A program made the position numbers and the translations under genes. A stretch of DNA of 64,000 nucleotides from Tubiluchus corallicola. Lineage: Eukaryota; Animalia; Priapulida. Each line of letters starts with the position of its first letter. Position 1 is the stretch's first letter. Under the pieces are notes generated by a model that worked only from the letters and a program-made list of their open reading frames with translations, did not search any database and was not told the DNA's origin. The stretch spans positions 23,259 through 87,258 of the forward strand of contig JAQGDQ010000855.1 in assembly GCA_030141605.1 (NCBI GenBank), written 5' to 3'. This document shows, in pieces, positions 1 to 13,000 of this stretch.

Positions 1-169
1 GCAAGAATAAATGGGACTGCAAGATGGGGCAATTACAAGTTTCATTGTTGTAACTGAATAACTTACATTTCATTACGAAATTTCACTTTTCACACAATAT
101 TCGTTAATTTTTACTATGAATATTTGCATGTAAAAATCCAACGGATCTATTATATATATATATATATAA

Positions 170-780
170 TCTTTATTTGCCATAAAAAATCGATATTCAC
201 AACTATAAAAGCATAAAAGAACATCGCAGCATGAGAATAAAATTCACACAACTGTTAAAGGCAAATGCGTCCAGTGCAAACTAAAAACTACTGTGCCAAA
301 AATTTAAAACAAAAATATACATTATAATATTACACGGAAATTACGATAGACTATATACATATAATTTAAAATGGACGTGGGTAAATAAAATTTGTGGATG
401 AATATATATTATCGTTTATGTATGTTGGGTTTTGAAAACGATTTAATGTATATATTTTTAATTTTGATTTGAATTCGTCAAAAGACTTGATTTGTTTTAA
501 ATTGGATGGCAGGGTATTCCAAAGTTGTATGCCTTGTTTAGTGATAGAATTGTTGCTGTATTTGTTATCAGTGCAAGTTTGTTTAATATTGTGTGTTCTT
601 GGATTTAATGTTGGCTCCAAGAGGTGTTCTGGTAATGATCACATTTCTTTGTCAAGATCGTTTCTTTCTGTACATTTTCGGTAAATTTATTAACCGAAGT
701 GTTTTGTTCACTAAATTAAGCGTTTTCCATTGGGTAAAGGCGGATTTTACCGAAGTAGTTAAGCTGTTTGCCAACTAAAA
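170..780 (-). mobile_element. 3' remnant of a CR1/L2-like LINE (family L-A): ORF2 C-terminus plus 3' UTR ending at (TA)n
   Basis: ORF 366-620(-) contains GIQLWNTLPSNLKQIKSFDEFKSKLK, a typical CR1/L2 ORF2 C-terminal motif. The 3' end GGCAAATAAAGATTA runs into (TA)n at 149-168. Related copies lie at 28279-28790, 53330-53735 and 58989-59025. Confidence 0.75.
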
Positions 781-1410
781 CAAAAACAGCTAACATCTTC
801 AAATTGCAAGACATAGACTTTGTGCTCAAATGATTTTGTAAAAATAATGTGTAAAATTTCACGCAGCAGCAAGCCACAGCTTAGCTGGAACAATACGTTG
901 CCATGCTGCTTGTGACACGCAGCTGCTATGTTCACTGTCCCGCTGTAGCTTCTAACATCACACAGCCTGAGTGGGCATTGCTATGGTTACTGAGCAATTT
1001 CTTGTGTGCCATCTAGGGCGAGTTACGAAAACAATGCAAGTGCGTAATTGTATTATTAAACTGAATGTTAAAAACGAAATTTTGACACCTACGTATTGGC
1101 ACGAGACAAAACAGACCTCAAGATAGTCTATAAAGTGGGGACGAAAGGTTAATAATGATTAGCAGCAACTAAGGTGAGTGAGGTAAACAATGATAGAAGT
1201 TTAGTAGATGTGCAAAAACACTCATTGTAAATAAAATTAAGGTATGTATGAAAGTATGAACATTAAACGAAAGGTATGTACCTTAGAAATGTCTATTATT
1301 CCATTTTTACCATGTTCATATTACAGTACTTACCTTTCCCGTTAACATTAAAATCCCCCACCGATTTTGTTGTTTCTAAAACCACCTGTTTTACCAGTTT
1401 TAAATTTCAG

Positions 1411-1701
1411 AGAGATTCTGGTGGCCCAGTGATTTTTCCGTATAGTGGAGAAGTAATTGGAGTTCTACAAAGCGCTGAGAGTAACTGTGCTGGTGCAACA
1501 CTTTCAACAAAAATTGGTCCGCACCTGGACTGGATTAATGAGACACAAGTTAAGGCTGAAGAGACAAATTACCGATATCTCCGATCCAGTGCACCCTCTT
1601 TTAACTATATTTCAATATTAAAAGTAATAGATATTAGACTTATTGGTGCTGTATTCTTCACTTGTATTTACTGCACTAAATGTTTGGTGTCGTCGTTTTA
1701 A
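1411..1701 (+). CDS. Last coding exon of S1-family serine protease paralog 1 (upstream exons lie outside the window)
   Basis: Acceptor tttcag|AGA GAT TCT GGT GGC CCA gives RDSGGPVIFPYSGEVIGVLQSAESNCAGATLSTKIGPHLDWI, followed by a hydrophobic tail and TAA. Clearly homologous to the exons at 16069-16341 and 28857-29141. Confidence 0.9.
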   Translation, partial: RDSGGPVIFPYSGEVIGVLQSAESNCAGATLSTKIGPHLDWINETQVKAEETNYRYLRSSAPSFNYISILKVIDIRLIGAVFFTCIYCTKCLVSSF

Positions 1702-1820
1702 CGTAATTGTGGCATCAGTTTAATGGACAAAATGTATGCAAATACAAAGAATTACTAACAAGAGCACTGTGAATTTTGATCTCTTTTTTGATATGTGATC
1801 TATGTGATGATATATGATTC

Positions 1821-2325
1821 ATGTATCAGCATCATAATTCACTACTTCCACCAGCTTTTCAGTTATACTTTAGTCCAGTTTCAAATCAACATGATCATTG
1901 CACAAGATATTCAGTCGGAGACTATGTACTCCCCCTTCCAAAAACAAATATAATGAAACAGTCATCAAAATATAATGCTATTAAAATATGGTCATCAATT
2001 CCTCGTGAAATGAAAACTCTTAATCTCTATCAATTTAAAAAAGCATCAAAGAATTACCTACTACAACGGTATAATTAACTCACAATTTTACTCATCCTGA
2101 TCTTAAGTTACTAAGAAAACTTATTTTGTTCTAATGTATGTTATAACTGATGAAAATGTAATGTTAATTGTCAATTGTTTCACTTATCTGGATTAGGACT
2201 CGAAAGCTCAATGCTCCTTCCTTCTCCTCACAGTAACTCTCATAGTTTATTTTTTTTCAATGTATATCAATTTGTATGTTTGTAGGTATGTTTGAGTTGC
2301 TGTGGAATAAATTCATAATTCATAA
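1821..2325 (+). mobile_element. 3' fragment of a CR1/L2-like LINE (family L-B) with a (TCATAAT)n tail
   Basis: ORF 1821-2078 ends ...KYNAIKIWSSIPREMKTLNLYQFKKASKNYLLQRYN, then a 3' UTR, AATAAA and a short tandem tail. A near-identical inverted copy is at 9650-10137. Confidence 0.8.
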
Positions 2326-4480
2326 TTTGATAGGAAACGTGTTAAAATTCGTTTTACTGCAGAAATTTCATGCTGCAAGCACCACATTTCAATTCATTTT
2401 GAACAAAATTCGACAATGATGCCTTGTGATCAACAAGACGGGAAAAGACTGTATGGCCATAATCACCATTTGCCAGAAACTTTAAAAAACAAATTATAAC
2501 CATAATTCACTGCCCAAACTACCATAGCGTAAAAGCCCAAATTTCGTATCAAAGGTATTGCATACTGCAAGTCTAATGTACAGTAAAATTATTAGGTTAG
2601 TTGTATAGTGGTAGTACATGTGTGAGCGATGTGTGTAGCTGTTTATGGACGTTTGAGTAATGGCAAAGCTATAAGACTTGGATTAGGAAATAACACTTTT
2701 ATTAAGTAACATCACAATATAATAAATGTATAGCAATGCCAAAAGCCCCTGATCTATGAGACGTCCTGTGCATGAGTGACTAGTCTAATCAAAGCCCTTC
2801 GGCGAGTTGGTTTCACGGCATCCCTGCCAGCTGCGTGCGCAGTCTGACAAATGGGTCAGTTCATCGTCACGTGACACCGCGCCTTAAATTCCCTTATTTG
2901 GGTTTGGCTTCATGAATACTCTTCTTAGCATAATTATCTGACATTTAACATATTTTAACAGATTCTCTTTATTTGTACGAAGCTGTAAAACATCCATACA
3001 GCTCAAAAAGGAAGTGCCAAAGAACATGCTCTGGAAATCAGCCAGTCTTTCTACGAATATGAATATCATTACCAATGGCCCTGAACTGGCCCTGTAGAGA
3101 GACTACTCAAGTCTATAGGAGCTCAAAGTAGACGAACAGAAGTTTAGTGTGCACAGCTGAAAAGCAGTTCACGTAAGATAAATCAGCTGAAACGTATGTA
3201 CACCAAGTATAAATCGAGTAAGAGAAAACTCAATTTATCTCGCCTGAAACATAATGTGAATGCATCCAAGCTATAATTAATGGCTACAGATGCTCAGATG
3301 CTCGACGTGAGTTCTTATCTTCACGTGAATTTGACTTGTTTTCAGGAATAATCCAACTAAAAACATAATCATAGAAACTTTCAACACTTTATCAACATTA
3401 AATTTAGCTCAAATGAATCAAGCAACGCGAATTCGTAACATAATAACGTTAAAAGATATGTCTAGAATGTTTAACAACGCACAGAACAATGTCGAAAAAA
3501 GTATGTCGCTAATTTAAAACCAGTTGAAACATAAAATACTTAATTTTGTTACGATGTGGACAAAAGAAAATCATTTTTAATTATTCTAAATCTAAATTTA
3601 TGTTGTATATTTATCCTAATGTCATCATACTTTTTTAGTTTTGGATAGTGCTGCCACCTTCAGGTGCTCTTGTTGAAATTGTTGAACTTTCTCTTTCCTG
3701 TTTAAATTTTCATTGGCTTCTACAGTCTTTATGAATGCATAATCTCTAAACCTGTTTTCACACCTAAATGATTTCACCTGTAGTTCTGGTCACTTGGTTT
3801 TCTGATTTTCAATATGACACGACTTCACTGTTTATGTAGGCATTTCAGAATAAAATCTTAAAAATAAATCTCAAGTTTTTTGGTTTCTTCAAACCACGAT
3901 GAACTGAAGTTTACTTTATGTAAAACGTTTAAAATTTTTGAAAAAGTAGATTTGAGAGCAAAACTTGGGAGATTGAAAGCCCAGGATTAAATTACTTTCG
4001 TATTTTCGACGCAAACAATTACTGAATTGAGTTTAATTTGTTGAAATTTTCTAAATGTATGTACTTTTACTTTTATATAGAAAACAACGACAAAGTAATT
4101 AAAATATGTGCATAATTATTGATGAATATTACATTTTTACAATAATGATATTTACAATATAGTAAAAAAAGTTTACTGGCCTATTATATAAGACCTATAT
4201 TTTAGTTGAAAGTAAAGATTTTAGTAAAAAGAAAGAATTACAATATAACAAAATTACGACATGATATCATTAAATATATAAATGTTAAATCAAATACAGA
4301 AAGACTGTAGATGTACCTGTTTATACCGTGTTAAGGTCATCCTCGATAATGAGTAAAGGAGTAACATAGCCGATTATCAGCCCTATGTGATTCCTGGCTA
4401 GCTAGGCCTTTGGCACAGAAAAATTACTATAATCTATGAACGAAGCCTAATTCAGGTGTTTACATTTTCGTGCCGATACA

Positions 4481-4852
4481 CAGGGCCTATTTCATGGGGG
4501 GGGGGAGTGGGGATACTTCCCCGGGGCCTCACCCTCCTGGGGGGCCTCGCGCCAAGGTAACAATTTTTTTGCTTTATGCGAACCTACTGCCTCCTCTCTC
4601 CCTCTCTCTTTTGCCGTACGCGCGCCGTTTGCCAGTATTGACAAGTATTAAGGATTGCTCTTGAGGATAAAGCAGTTTTTCTTTCAATTGTTCTTTCCTT
4701 TAACAACTGTATAATTCCATATTTTCTCTTCGAAAATGTTTCTCCGGAGTTCTAGCAGTTAAAAAAATTTTCTGGGCGCGAACCATGGTGACAAAAAGGG
4801 GGCCTCACACGCCCCACTTCCCCGGGCCTAGCTTTGGCTGAAATAGGCCCTG
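4481..4852. mobile_element. hAT-type MITE
   Basis: TIRs CAGGGCCTATTTCA...TGAAATAGGCCCTG, with an 8-bp TSD CCGATACA/CTGATACA (7/8 match). Confidence 0.8.
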
Positions 4853-5318
4853 CTGATACAAACTATACTATAGACTTGAATGACATAGGTAATTGATTAT
4901 GATGAAACGCTAAGGAGTACATCTTTGCAAACAGAGTAAAAACACTTAAACTCAGGACATGCCATACTGGCGTAATTCTCAACAACGTAAAGGAAATGAG
5001 GTAACATTGAAACAGGCAGTAACTACCGTGGATACAGGAAGCCATGCCAACATGGAAACTTACCATGGCGACGGACACTCCACGCACTGCAAATGTAGTG
5101 AGATCGTTGAGGGTTATCCGCTGTGCAACTACCGCAATTGTCTTAATGAGACTTCAGAAAAGCATAAGAAAGACTCAACGGATCAACAAAAACATTCAGG
5201 CATATTCTTATAAGAGCTAAATGAATAATGTAAAAGTCATTTTTCAAGTTGTTGTTCAGTCGTTTTGATATGCTTGAGTTTAGACACACAGAAACCTATG
5301 TATGGGAACTAACCATCT

Positions 5319-5579
5319 TCTTCTCAGCTTTTCCCTATGCGGGGTCGCCGTTGTGAATAAGTCGTCTCTATGCATTCCTGTTGTTGGCCATTTCTTCATT
5401 TATGTTCTTCTCTCTAAGGTCTCCCAAAATTCACTTCTCTGACTTTGACTCATTCATAAAAAGGTTTTGGCTCAGTTTTTACAGGCGGATGCCCTTCCTG
5501 ACCCTAACCCTCCCTATTTATCCGGGCTTGGGACCGGCACTGAGTTGGGCTAGCTTGCCCCCCCCCAGTGGCTAGGTTC
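5319..5579 (-). mobile_element. Non-autonomous bipartite RTE-clade retroelement (5' leader joined to 3' end)
   Basis: 18-bp TSD TATGGGAACTAA(C/A)CATCT at 5301-5318 and 5580-5597. The minus strand has the RTE leader motif CAGGAAGGGCATCCGCCTGTAAAA and an RTE-like 3' end ...GGCGACCCCGCATAGGGAAAAGCTGAGAAGAAG. Confidence 0.8.
5506..5579 (-). ncRNA. Twister self-cleaving ribozyme core (3' cleavage-product form) at the 5' end of the RTE-type element
   Basis: The minus strand reads G^AA CCUA GC [CACUGGG...CUCAGUG] CCGG UCCCAAGC CCGG AUAAA UAGG GAGGG UU. P2 (CCUA/UAGG), the P3 hairpin, P4 (CCGG/CCGG), L4 (UCCCAAGC) and GAGGG all match the type-P1 twister consensus as I recall it. Confidence 0.75.
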
Positions 5580-6062
5580 TATGGGAACTAAACATCTATA
5601 ATAAATATTTGCATTGCACATATCAGAAAAATGCTTATTGAACTATAGAAAAAATGCAGCACTGAACATTGAGTAAAACTAGAATCTAAAACCATTCAGT
5701 AAAACCTGTTTCACAGCTTTAATTCAGATATTAAACTTGACCTATGCAGACTTCCACAAGCTTCACAACAACCAACAATAGGGAGAGGACCATTGTGTAT
5801 GTAGTCACTGGACCGTACAATTATACTGAAGGTAAGTCAGCTAGTAGAATGTTACAAGACTAGCACATAGATGGCAGCACCTAACTGCAATGTACAAATA
5901 CCATCTTCCACAAATTATGTCATAAATGTTTTAAATTTTCAGAAAATAGCAAAAGCTGAATGCTAATAATTTTTTGACTTAAATCACTGGCAAATAATGA
6001 TCTTGGATAAGTAAAAATAAGAGCGTCTCCTATATATAATATACTAGCTTATGCTAATATAT

Positions 6063-6703
6063 TATATTAGATATATTCAAACGATTTTATGAAATATATA
6101 AGTGAATAGCAAGTTACCATACTGCATAATCGCTACATGTACAGTATACAAAGTACACTGTGAATAAAATTATTTAAAACTCCAGAAGTCGTTGCCTAAA
6201 TTAAAAAAATACAAGCTGAAATATGACGACTATAAATGATTTATAAAAAAGTTATTAATGCTATTATGGTGTAAGACATGATGTAAAGATGAAAACTAAA
6301 ACAATTCCTTGCTACAAACATAATCCTGTACTTAGATTACAAAATCATACCGAAAAGAGGTATAAACAAAGTAGTTTACCTTGTAATACGATTGCCATCG
6401 ACAAAGAACTATTATTGTATTAAAATATGAAAGGGTATGAAATTTCAATATGAAAACAGTATTTACGCACAAATATATTAATTTTAGTTCTGCTGGATAT
6501 ATACATCATAATAGCATTAATAACTTATTAATAAATTATTTATAATCGTCATATTTCAGCTTGTATTTTTTTAATTCACGCAACGACTGCTGGAGTTTTA
6601 AATAATTTTATTCACAGTGTACTTTGTATACTGTACATGTAGGGATTTTGCAGTAAGGTAACTTGCTATTCACTTATATATTTCATAAAATCGTTTGAAT
6701 ATA

Positions 6704-6712
<9 letters not shown>
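6063..6712. mobile_element. Foldback/MITE-like element with ~205-bp imperfect terminal inverted repeats, flanked by TA-rich sequence
   Basis: 6063-6270 is the reverse complement of about 6503-6712 (TATATTAGATATATTCAAACGATTTTATG... / ...CATAAAATCGTTTGAATATATCTAATATA). (TA)n follows immediately at 6707-6770. Confidence 0.7.
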
Positions 6713-6771
<59 letters not shown>

Positions 6772-6811
6772 GTTGTGTTATATTTTTTCTTTGAAGGTAT
6801 AAACAGTAGAA

Positions 6812-7006
6812 ATGGTTTACAATTCAGTGACTGCATCTATTTTACTCTGTGTTATGTGGTCTCGGTATGATGTATGTCAGTCAAGGGGCAAATCATCACA
6901 AAATTTAAAACAAGCAGTAAACCTGAGCTCAAACAAAAGAGCAATACATGTACCTCATCATAGAATTGCCAGACATTCGGTTGATAAAGGTTAGTAAACT
7001 ATATAT

Positions 7007-7061
<55 letters not shown>

Positions 7062-10000
7062 TATATATATATGTATATATAGTTTACATTATATAACATT
7101 ATATATATATATATATATAATTTTGTTACATTTTATTATTACATTATTTTATATATATATATATAATATAACATGTAATAATATCACATGATATACGACA
7201 ATAAAATATAATAAAATACAAAATAATATGATATGATATGATATGATATGATATGATATGATATGATATGATATGATATGATATGATATGATATGATATG
7301 ATATGATATGATATGATATGTATGATATGATGTGATATGGCATGGTATGGTATGGTATGGTATGGTATGGTATGGTATGGTATGGTATGGTAAGGCATGG
7401 TATGGCATAGTATGGTACGGTACGGTACGGTACAGTACAGTACAGTACAGTACAGTACAGTACAGTACAGTACAGTACAGTACAGTACAGTACAGTACAG
7501 TACAGTACAGTACAGTACAGTACAGTACAGTATAGTATAGCATAGCATAGCATAGCATAGCATAGCATAGCATAGCATAGCATAGCATAGTCTAGTACAG
7601 CACAGCACAGCACAGCACAGTACTGTATAGTATATATATATATGTATATATAGTTTACATTATATAACATTATATATATATATATATAATTTTGTTACAT
7701 TTTATTATTACATTATTTTATATATATATATATAATATAACATGTAATAATATCACATGATATACGACAATAAAATATAATAAAATACAAAATAATATGA
7801 TATGATATGATATGATATGATATGATATGATATGATATGATATGATATGATATGATATGATATGATATGATATGATATGATATGATATGTATGATATGAT
7901 GTGATATGGCATGGTATGGTATGGTATGGTATGGTATGGTATGGTATGGTATGGTAAGTCATGGTATGGCATGGTATGGTACGGTACGGTACGGTACGGT
8001 ACGGTACGGTACGGTACAGTACAGTACAGTACAGTACAGTACAGTACAGTACAGTATAGTATAGCATAGCATAGCATAGCATAGCATAGCATAGCATAGC
8101 ATAGTCTAGTACAGCACAGCACAGCACAGCACAGTACTGTATAGTATATATATATATGTTGTCTGCGGTATATAACATTTCCTATATATTTTATTTAATT
8201 AAATCATTTAGCACCAAAATATTTTTCAATAGTCACACCTTTATCATTTTAATTCTTCTACTTTTATTGTAAATACATAAACCGCTTGATATCTTCAAAA
8301 ACTATTCAAATTCATTTATAGGTTCATATGACTCAATAAGGTTTATATTACTTTACTTGCAGGATTATTTCCACCAGAACCCAGAATTATTGGAGGTGAA
8401 AAAGTTGTTGGAAGAGAATTTCCTTACATGGTAAAAATGGTTAATCATTTTTAAGGGAGAAAGATTTCCATCAATGTTTTTTAATAAAATGATGCAAATT
8501 TGCAGCAATGATAACACATTGTCTTCCAGTTCCTAATAATAATTGATTTTTATTTTTAAGTACAACTGTTACTAATCTTAATTTTTTTCGGCAAAATATG
8601 TTTTCCAAACTTTACTCGTGATTGTAGATAGTACTAACTGATGTACCAAACATTTAGCTTTTTTTCCTGTTTACCATATACGTCTCATGTAAATAACATT
8701 GTCCATGTTCTTTAAACAGGTTGCACTTTATAGAGAAGAAAGAGTAGTGGAAGGAGCATCCATATACAAAAAAAGATATGTGTGTGGCGGAATTCTCCTC
8801 AACAGCAAATGGGTTTTAACAGCTGCACATTGTGGTTACATGTAAGTGCCACGAAATACTATGGAAATAAATGTTTTTTTGGCTGGCTATCTCTTAAATT
8901 GGTTATACTATTTCTACAGCATAAAAATACAGTGTTCTTATTCTGATCACTTTCCATCTTTGTGTCATAATCCTCTATGCAAAATATGTTTTGTATTTCT
9001 CTGCATTCTTAATGTTTGCGTAATCATGTCTTTTTTGGCATGGATCCTCATCTTCCAGCTAATTTTACTATCCAGAGTTATAATAATGTATTACATAACT
9101 TATACAATTTTAATTATTATCATATAACCGATTTTAAAGCATCTTATTTGTAATGTCAACAATATCATAAAACACGTAAACAGCCGTATGTTCGTTATTA
9201 CTACTATTAATTTAATCACCAACAACAATTTATCATTATTGGAGTCCTGGGTTGGGTGACCGAGTGGTTTAGATTCCGAACTGCAACCACACAGTCTTGA
9301 GTTCGAGACTAGCAGCTGCTGACTATACATAACATGTTATTCGTTATTTGTGTGTTGCGTTTTTACCTGTATTGTTGTGGTGTAAATCGCCAAATAGCAG
9401 TAAATGGTAACGTTGTCTTTTAAACGAGCAACTTTAAGCAAATATTGCCTTTGTCTTCGAAAACTTTTGACAGAAACAGCTGCAGTTAGCGCACTGTGAA
9501 CTCAGTGGCTCAAAAGGTGACTATATGTGGCTGATAACCCATCTGTAACTTCCATGAAAATCTTTTCACCTCTTCTACTGCCTGTGGCTATGTTTATTTA
9601 CTTGATGCTATATAATCATCGTTACATGGCTAAGAATCTCTGCTGATTCATGAATTATGAATTATGAATTTATTCCACAGCAACTCAGACATACATATAA
9701 ATTGATATTACATTGAAAAAAATAAACTATGCGAGTTATTGTGAGGAGGAGGAGGAGGGAGCATTGAGTTTTCGAATCCTCCTCCAGATAAGTGAAACAA
9801 TTGACAATTAACATTACATTTTCATCAGTTATAACGTACATTAGAACAAAATAAGTTTTGTTAGTAACTTAAGATCAGGATGAGTAAAATTGTGAGTTAA
9901 TTATACCGTTGTAGTAGGTAATTCTTTGATGCTTTTTTAAATTGATAGAGATTAAGAGTTTTCATTTCACGCGGAATTGATGACCATATTTCAATAGCAT

Positions 10001-13000
10001 GATATTTTGATGACTGTTTCATTATATTTGTTTTTGGAAGAGGGTGTACATAGTTTTCGACTGAATATCTTGTGTAATGATCATGTTGATTTGAAACTGG
10101 ACTAAAGTATGACTGAAAAGCTGGTGGAAGTAGTGATTCAGTCACTGGTGAATTCAGCTTCTCATAAAACCTTAATTAACCTTGATAAAGATTATTTTTA
10201 ATTTTAAATGCTGGGAATTGGCTTTTTTGGCGTGCCTATGCACAAATAAACGAAAACACTTTTTGACCAGAAGTCTAAGAATGAATGCCTATACAATTAT
10301 GTATTGACTTGTTAAATCAAATTTGTGTTTATTGCATAGTATACGCACTGGGCGCGACTCTAAAGTATACCTAGGAAGCAACAAATTAGAAGAGCCAAAG
10401 GTGGAACGTTGGGTATGGCTTACTTTTACATTGTTAACCTTGAGCATAATAATTCATAATTATATATTTATAATAATTGCTTCATAATTGTATATTTATT
10501 AACTATGTTTTTCTCAGTCTGCAGCTTCAAATCTGCTGTTTAGCCTTCTATAACACCGAAATTAATAGATAAAATTATACTGCTTTGGACATGTACATTA
10601 TTACATTATTATCATTTCTTTAATTAGAACTCTCTGTCATGTTTTTAGGTGTATTATTTCAAGAGACACCCTGGATATAAAAGATCAGCAAATAGGACCA
10701 TTAGTAAAGAAACTGTTGATATGGGTCTTGCAAGAATGGATCATAGAGTTAGGTTTGATGACGACATTCAACCTGCTAAACTTCCGCGCTGTCGCTATTT
10801 TGACTACTTCAATCAGACAGTTATTTTATTAGGATGGGGTAAAAGTAATCCAAGTATGTCTTCAAAAATTCATTCGTTACCTATATGTTTAACATGCATT
10901 CAATTTATACCTTTTTAATTGCGAGCACTGAAACTTTCTGCATTGAAACTTATACATGGACTCATAATTATGTTATATTTCCTGCAAAATTTCTTAAATT
11001 TATTTGTGGACGTACACGTAGTATAAATCTCAGAATTCCCCACACACAACAAATTAGTTCGTGGAGTGGTTTAGGATCAGTGATTAGTATTAGAGTTAGG
11101 GTTATGGCTTTGGTTGAGGGTAGGGTTGGCTTTGGGTTAGGGTTGGGGTTAGAGTTACGGTTAGGATCAGGACTGGGTAAAGGCTAGGGTTGACTTAGGG
11201 TTAGAAATGGGGTTAGGGCTAGGGTTAGAGTTAGGGTTATGGTTAGGGTTTTAAATTGTGTGGTCAGTAATAATCTGCTTCCTGGACGTATAACTAACAT
11301 GTTTACCTACACTGCGTGAGTTGACGACTCGACAGATCGACTCGACTCGCATCGACTTTGCCACACGTAGTCAGGTCAATACTCAGGTGACCCATGTCTC
11401 AGCGAGATGATTAGGCACTTGACATGAATGACGCCAAAAAACTGTACCCCCGTACACTGCTTCGTTCTTCGTCAAGTGACGGAATGCGAACATTTGTTAT
11501 TAATGGCACTGTGAAAGTTATAACTGTATATTTTAGGTGCTGCCATCTATTGATTAGTCACTTTAACATTTTACTAGTTTAAGTCAGCCCTAGTACAATT
11601 GCTCGGTCCAGTGAATATGCAATCTCACTGGATCTCCCCTATTTTTACTGTAATGGGATATGTGAAGCCAAGTTTTTGCATAGTTCTCTACCTATATAAA
11701 CTGGCTGGATTTCACTTCTAGCCACTGTCTCTCTGTCACGCTCTCAGTGACGTGCAGTCGATCTACTTATGTGACTCTGTCACGTTCTCAGTGCAGTGCA
11801 GTCTCTCTGTCTCTCTGTCACGCTCTCAGTGACGTGCAGTCGATCTACTTATGTGACTCTGTCACGTTCTCAGTGCAGTGCAGTCCAGTCGTGCTACACA
11901 CTGTCTAACTCACACTCTCAGTGCAGTGCAGCAGTTGTGATCTTCATTTTACTCATGTGTATTTAGTGTAATAAACGTGTTTCAGTTTTTGCGCAGATAT
12001 GTAATATAGCGTTCATTCGTTTTCTACAAGTGTTCAACTTCATACATGACTTTCACAGGCACTACCAAACTAGAACATAAAAACGCTTTTAATCCTTCTC
12101 CGTTTCACGTGTTATTGAATTGTGTTGCCGTTTGATTGGTCGTTGTCCACTGAGTAGCATGACACTGACCTACGCGATTTTAGACTTTCTACGCGATACT
12201 ATCAGAAACTAATGTTGCTGATGCTGCCAGCAGATGAAAATCAGAATAATAGACATTTGTACCATTACTCTTCAGCCTGACTGACCGAATCGTGCAGCAA
12301 GGCAGTGTTTACGTGATTCTCGCATAGGTGACTCTTTCCGAATCTTTCAGCAAATGACTCCTTCCTGCCAAACCAAAGTTTTCCATTAAGCCACCACATT
12401 TAGTCACTCTGCTGAAAATTTCCAGCCCTAATCATGAATTGAAGCTCCAGCTGTTAATACTGCCACAACAACCAGACAACACTGAATAAGGATATAGTAT
12501 TATATAACCCTTTCTAAAATCCTTATAGATTTTTGTATTATATGATTATGTTTTTGTGTTTGTGTTTTTCTTAAATAGACTTTGATACTAGTAAAATCAC
12601 TCCTGACTTACAAAAGGCATCGACTCGAGTTGACCGTTCGAGGTATTGTTCAATAGTTAACAGAACTGTCTGGCTATGCACTTACACCCCTGGCATTTCT
12701 GGATGCGAAGTAAGTATGGACAACTTTACTGTGACAATAAGCCTTTTCACAGTTTCATCGTGTGCACGCACAGTTGCTGTAGGTCATCGTGTGCACGCAC
12801 AGTTGCTGTAGGTCAAAGGTTAAGTGTACCACAGCAGGTGTCACGACCATGCCATGCATGACCGCTAGCTAACTGACCGATATACAGGGCCATTCATTAC
12901 TATAAGATTTTGAACAGTATAGAAGCCATTGAATACTATGCATTATATGCAAGGTCATTCTATCTAGGCTCTTCATGCAGGTACCGAATTTTCTGTTGAA

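Noticed and set aside
7144-8178. Cys/Tyr/His-rich ORFs (LYCTV, ISYHI repeats)
   Set aside because: They are translations of pentanucleotide microsatellites inside a protease intron and are open in several frames.
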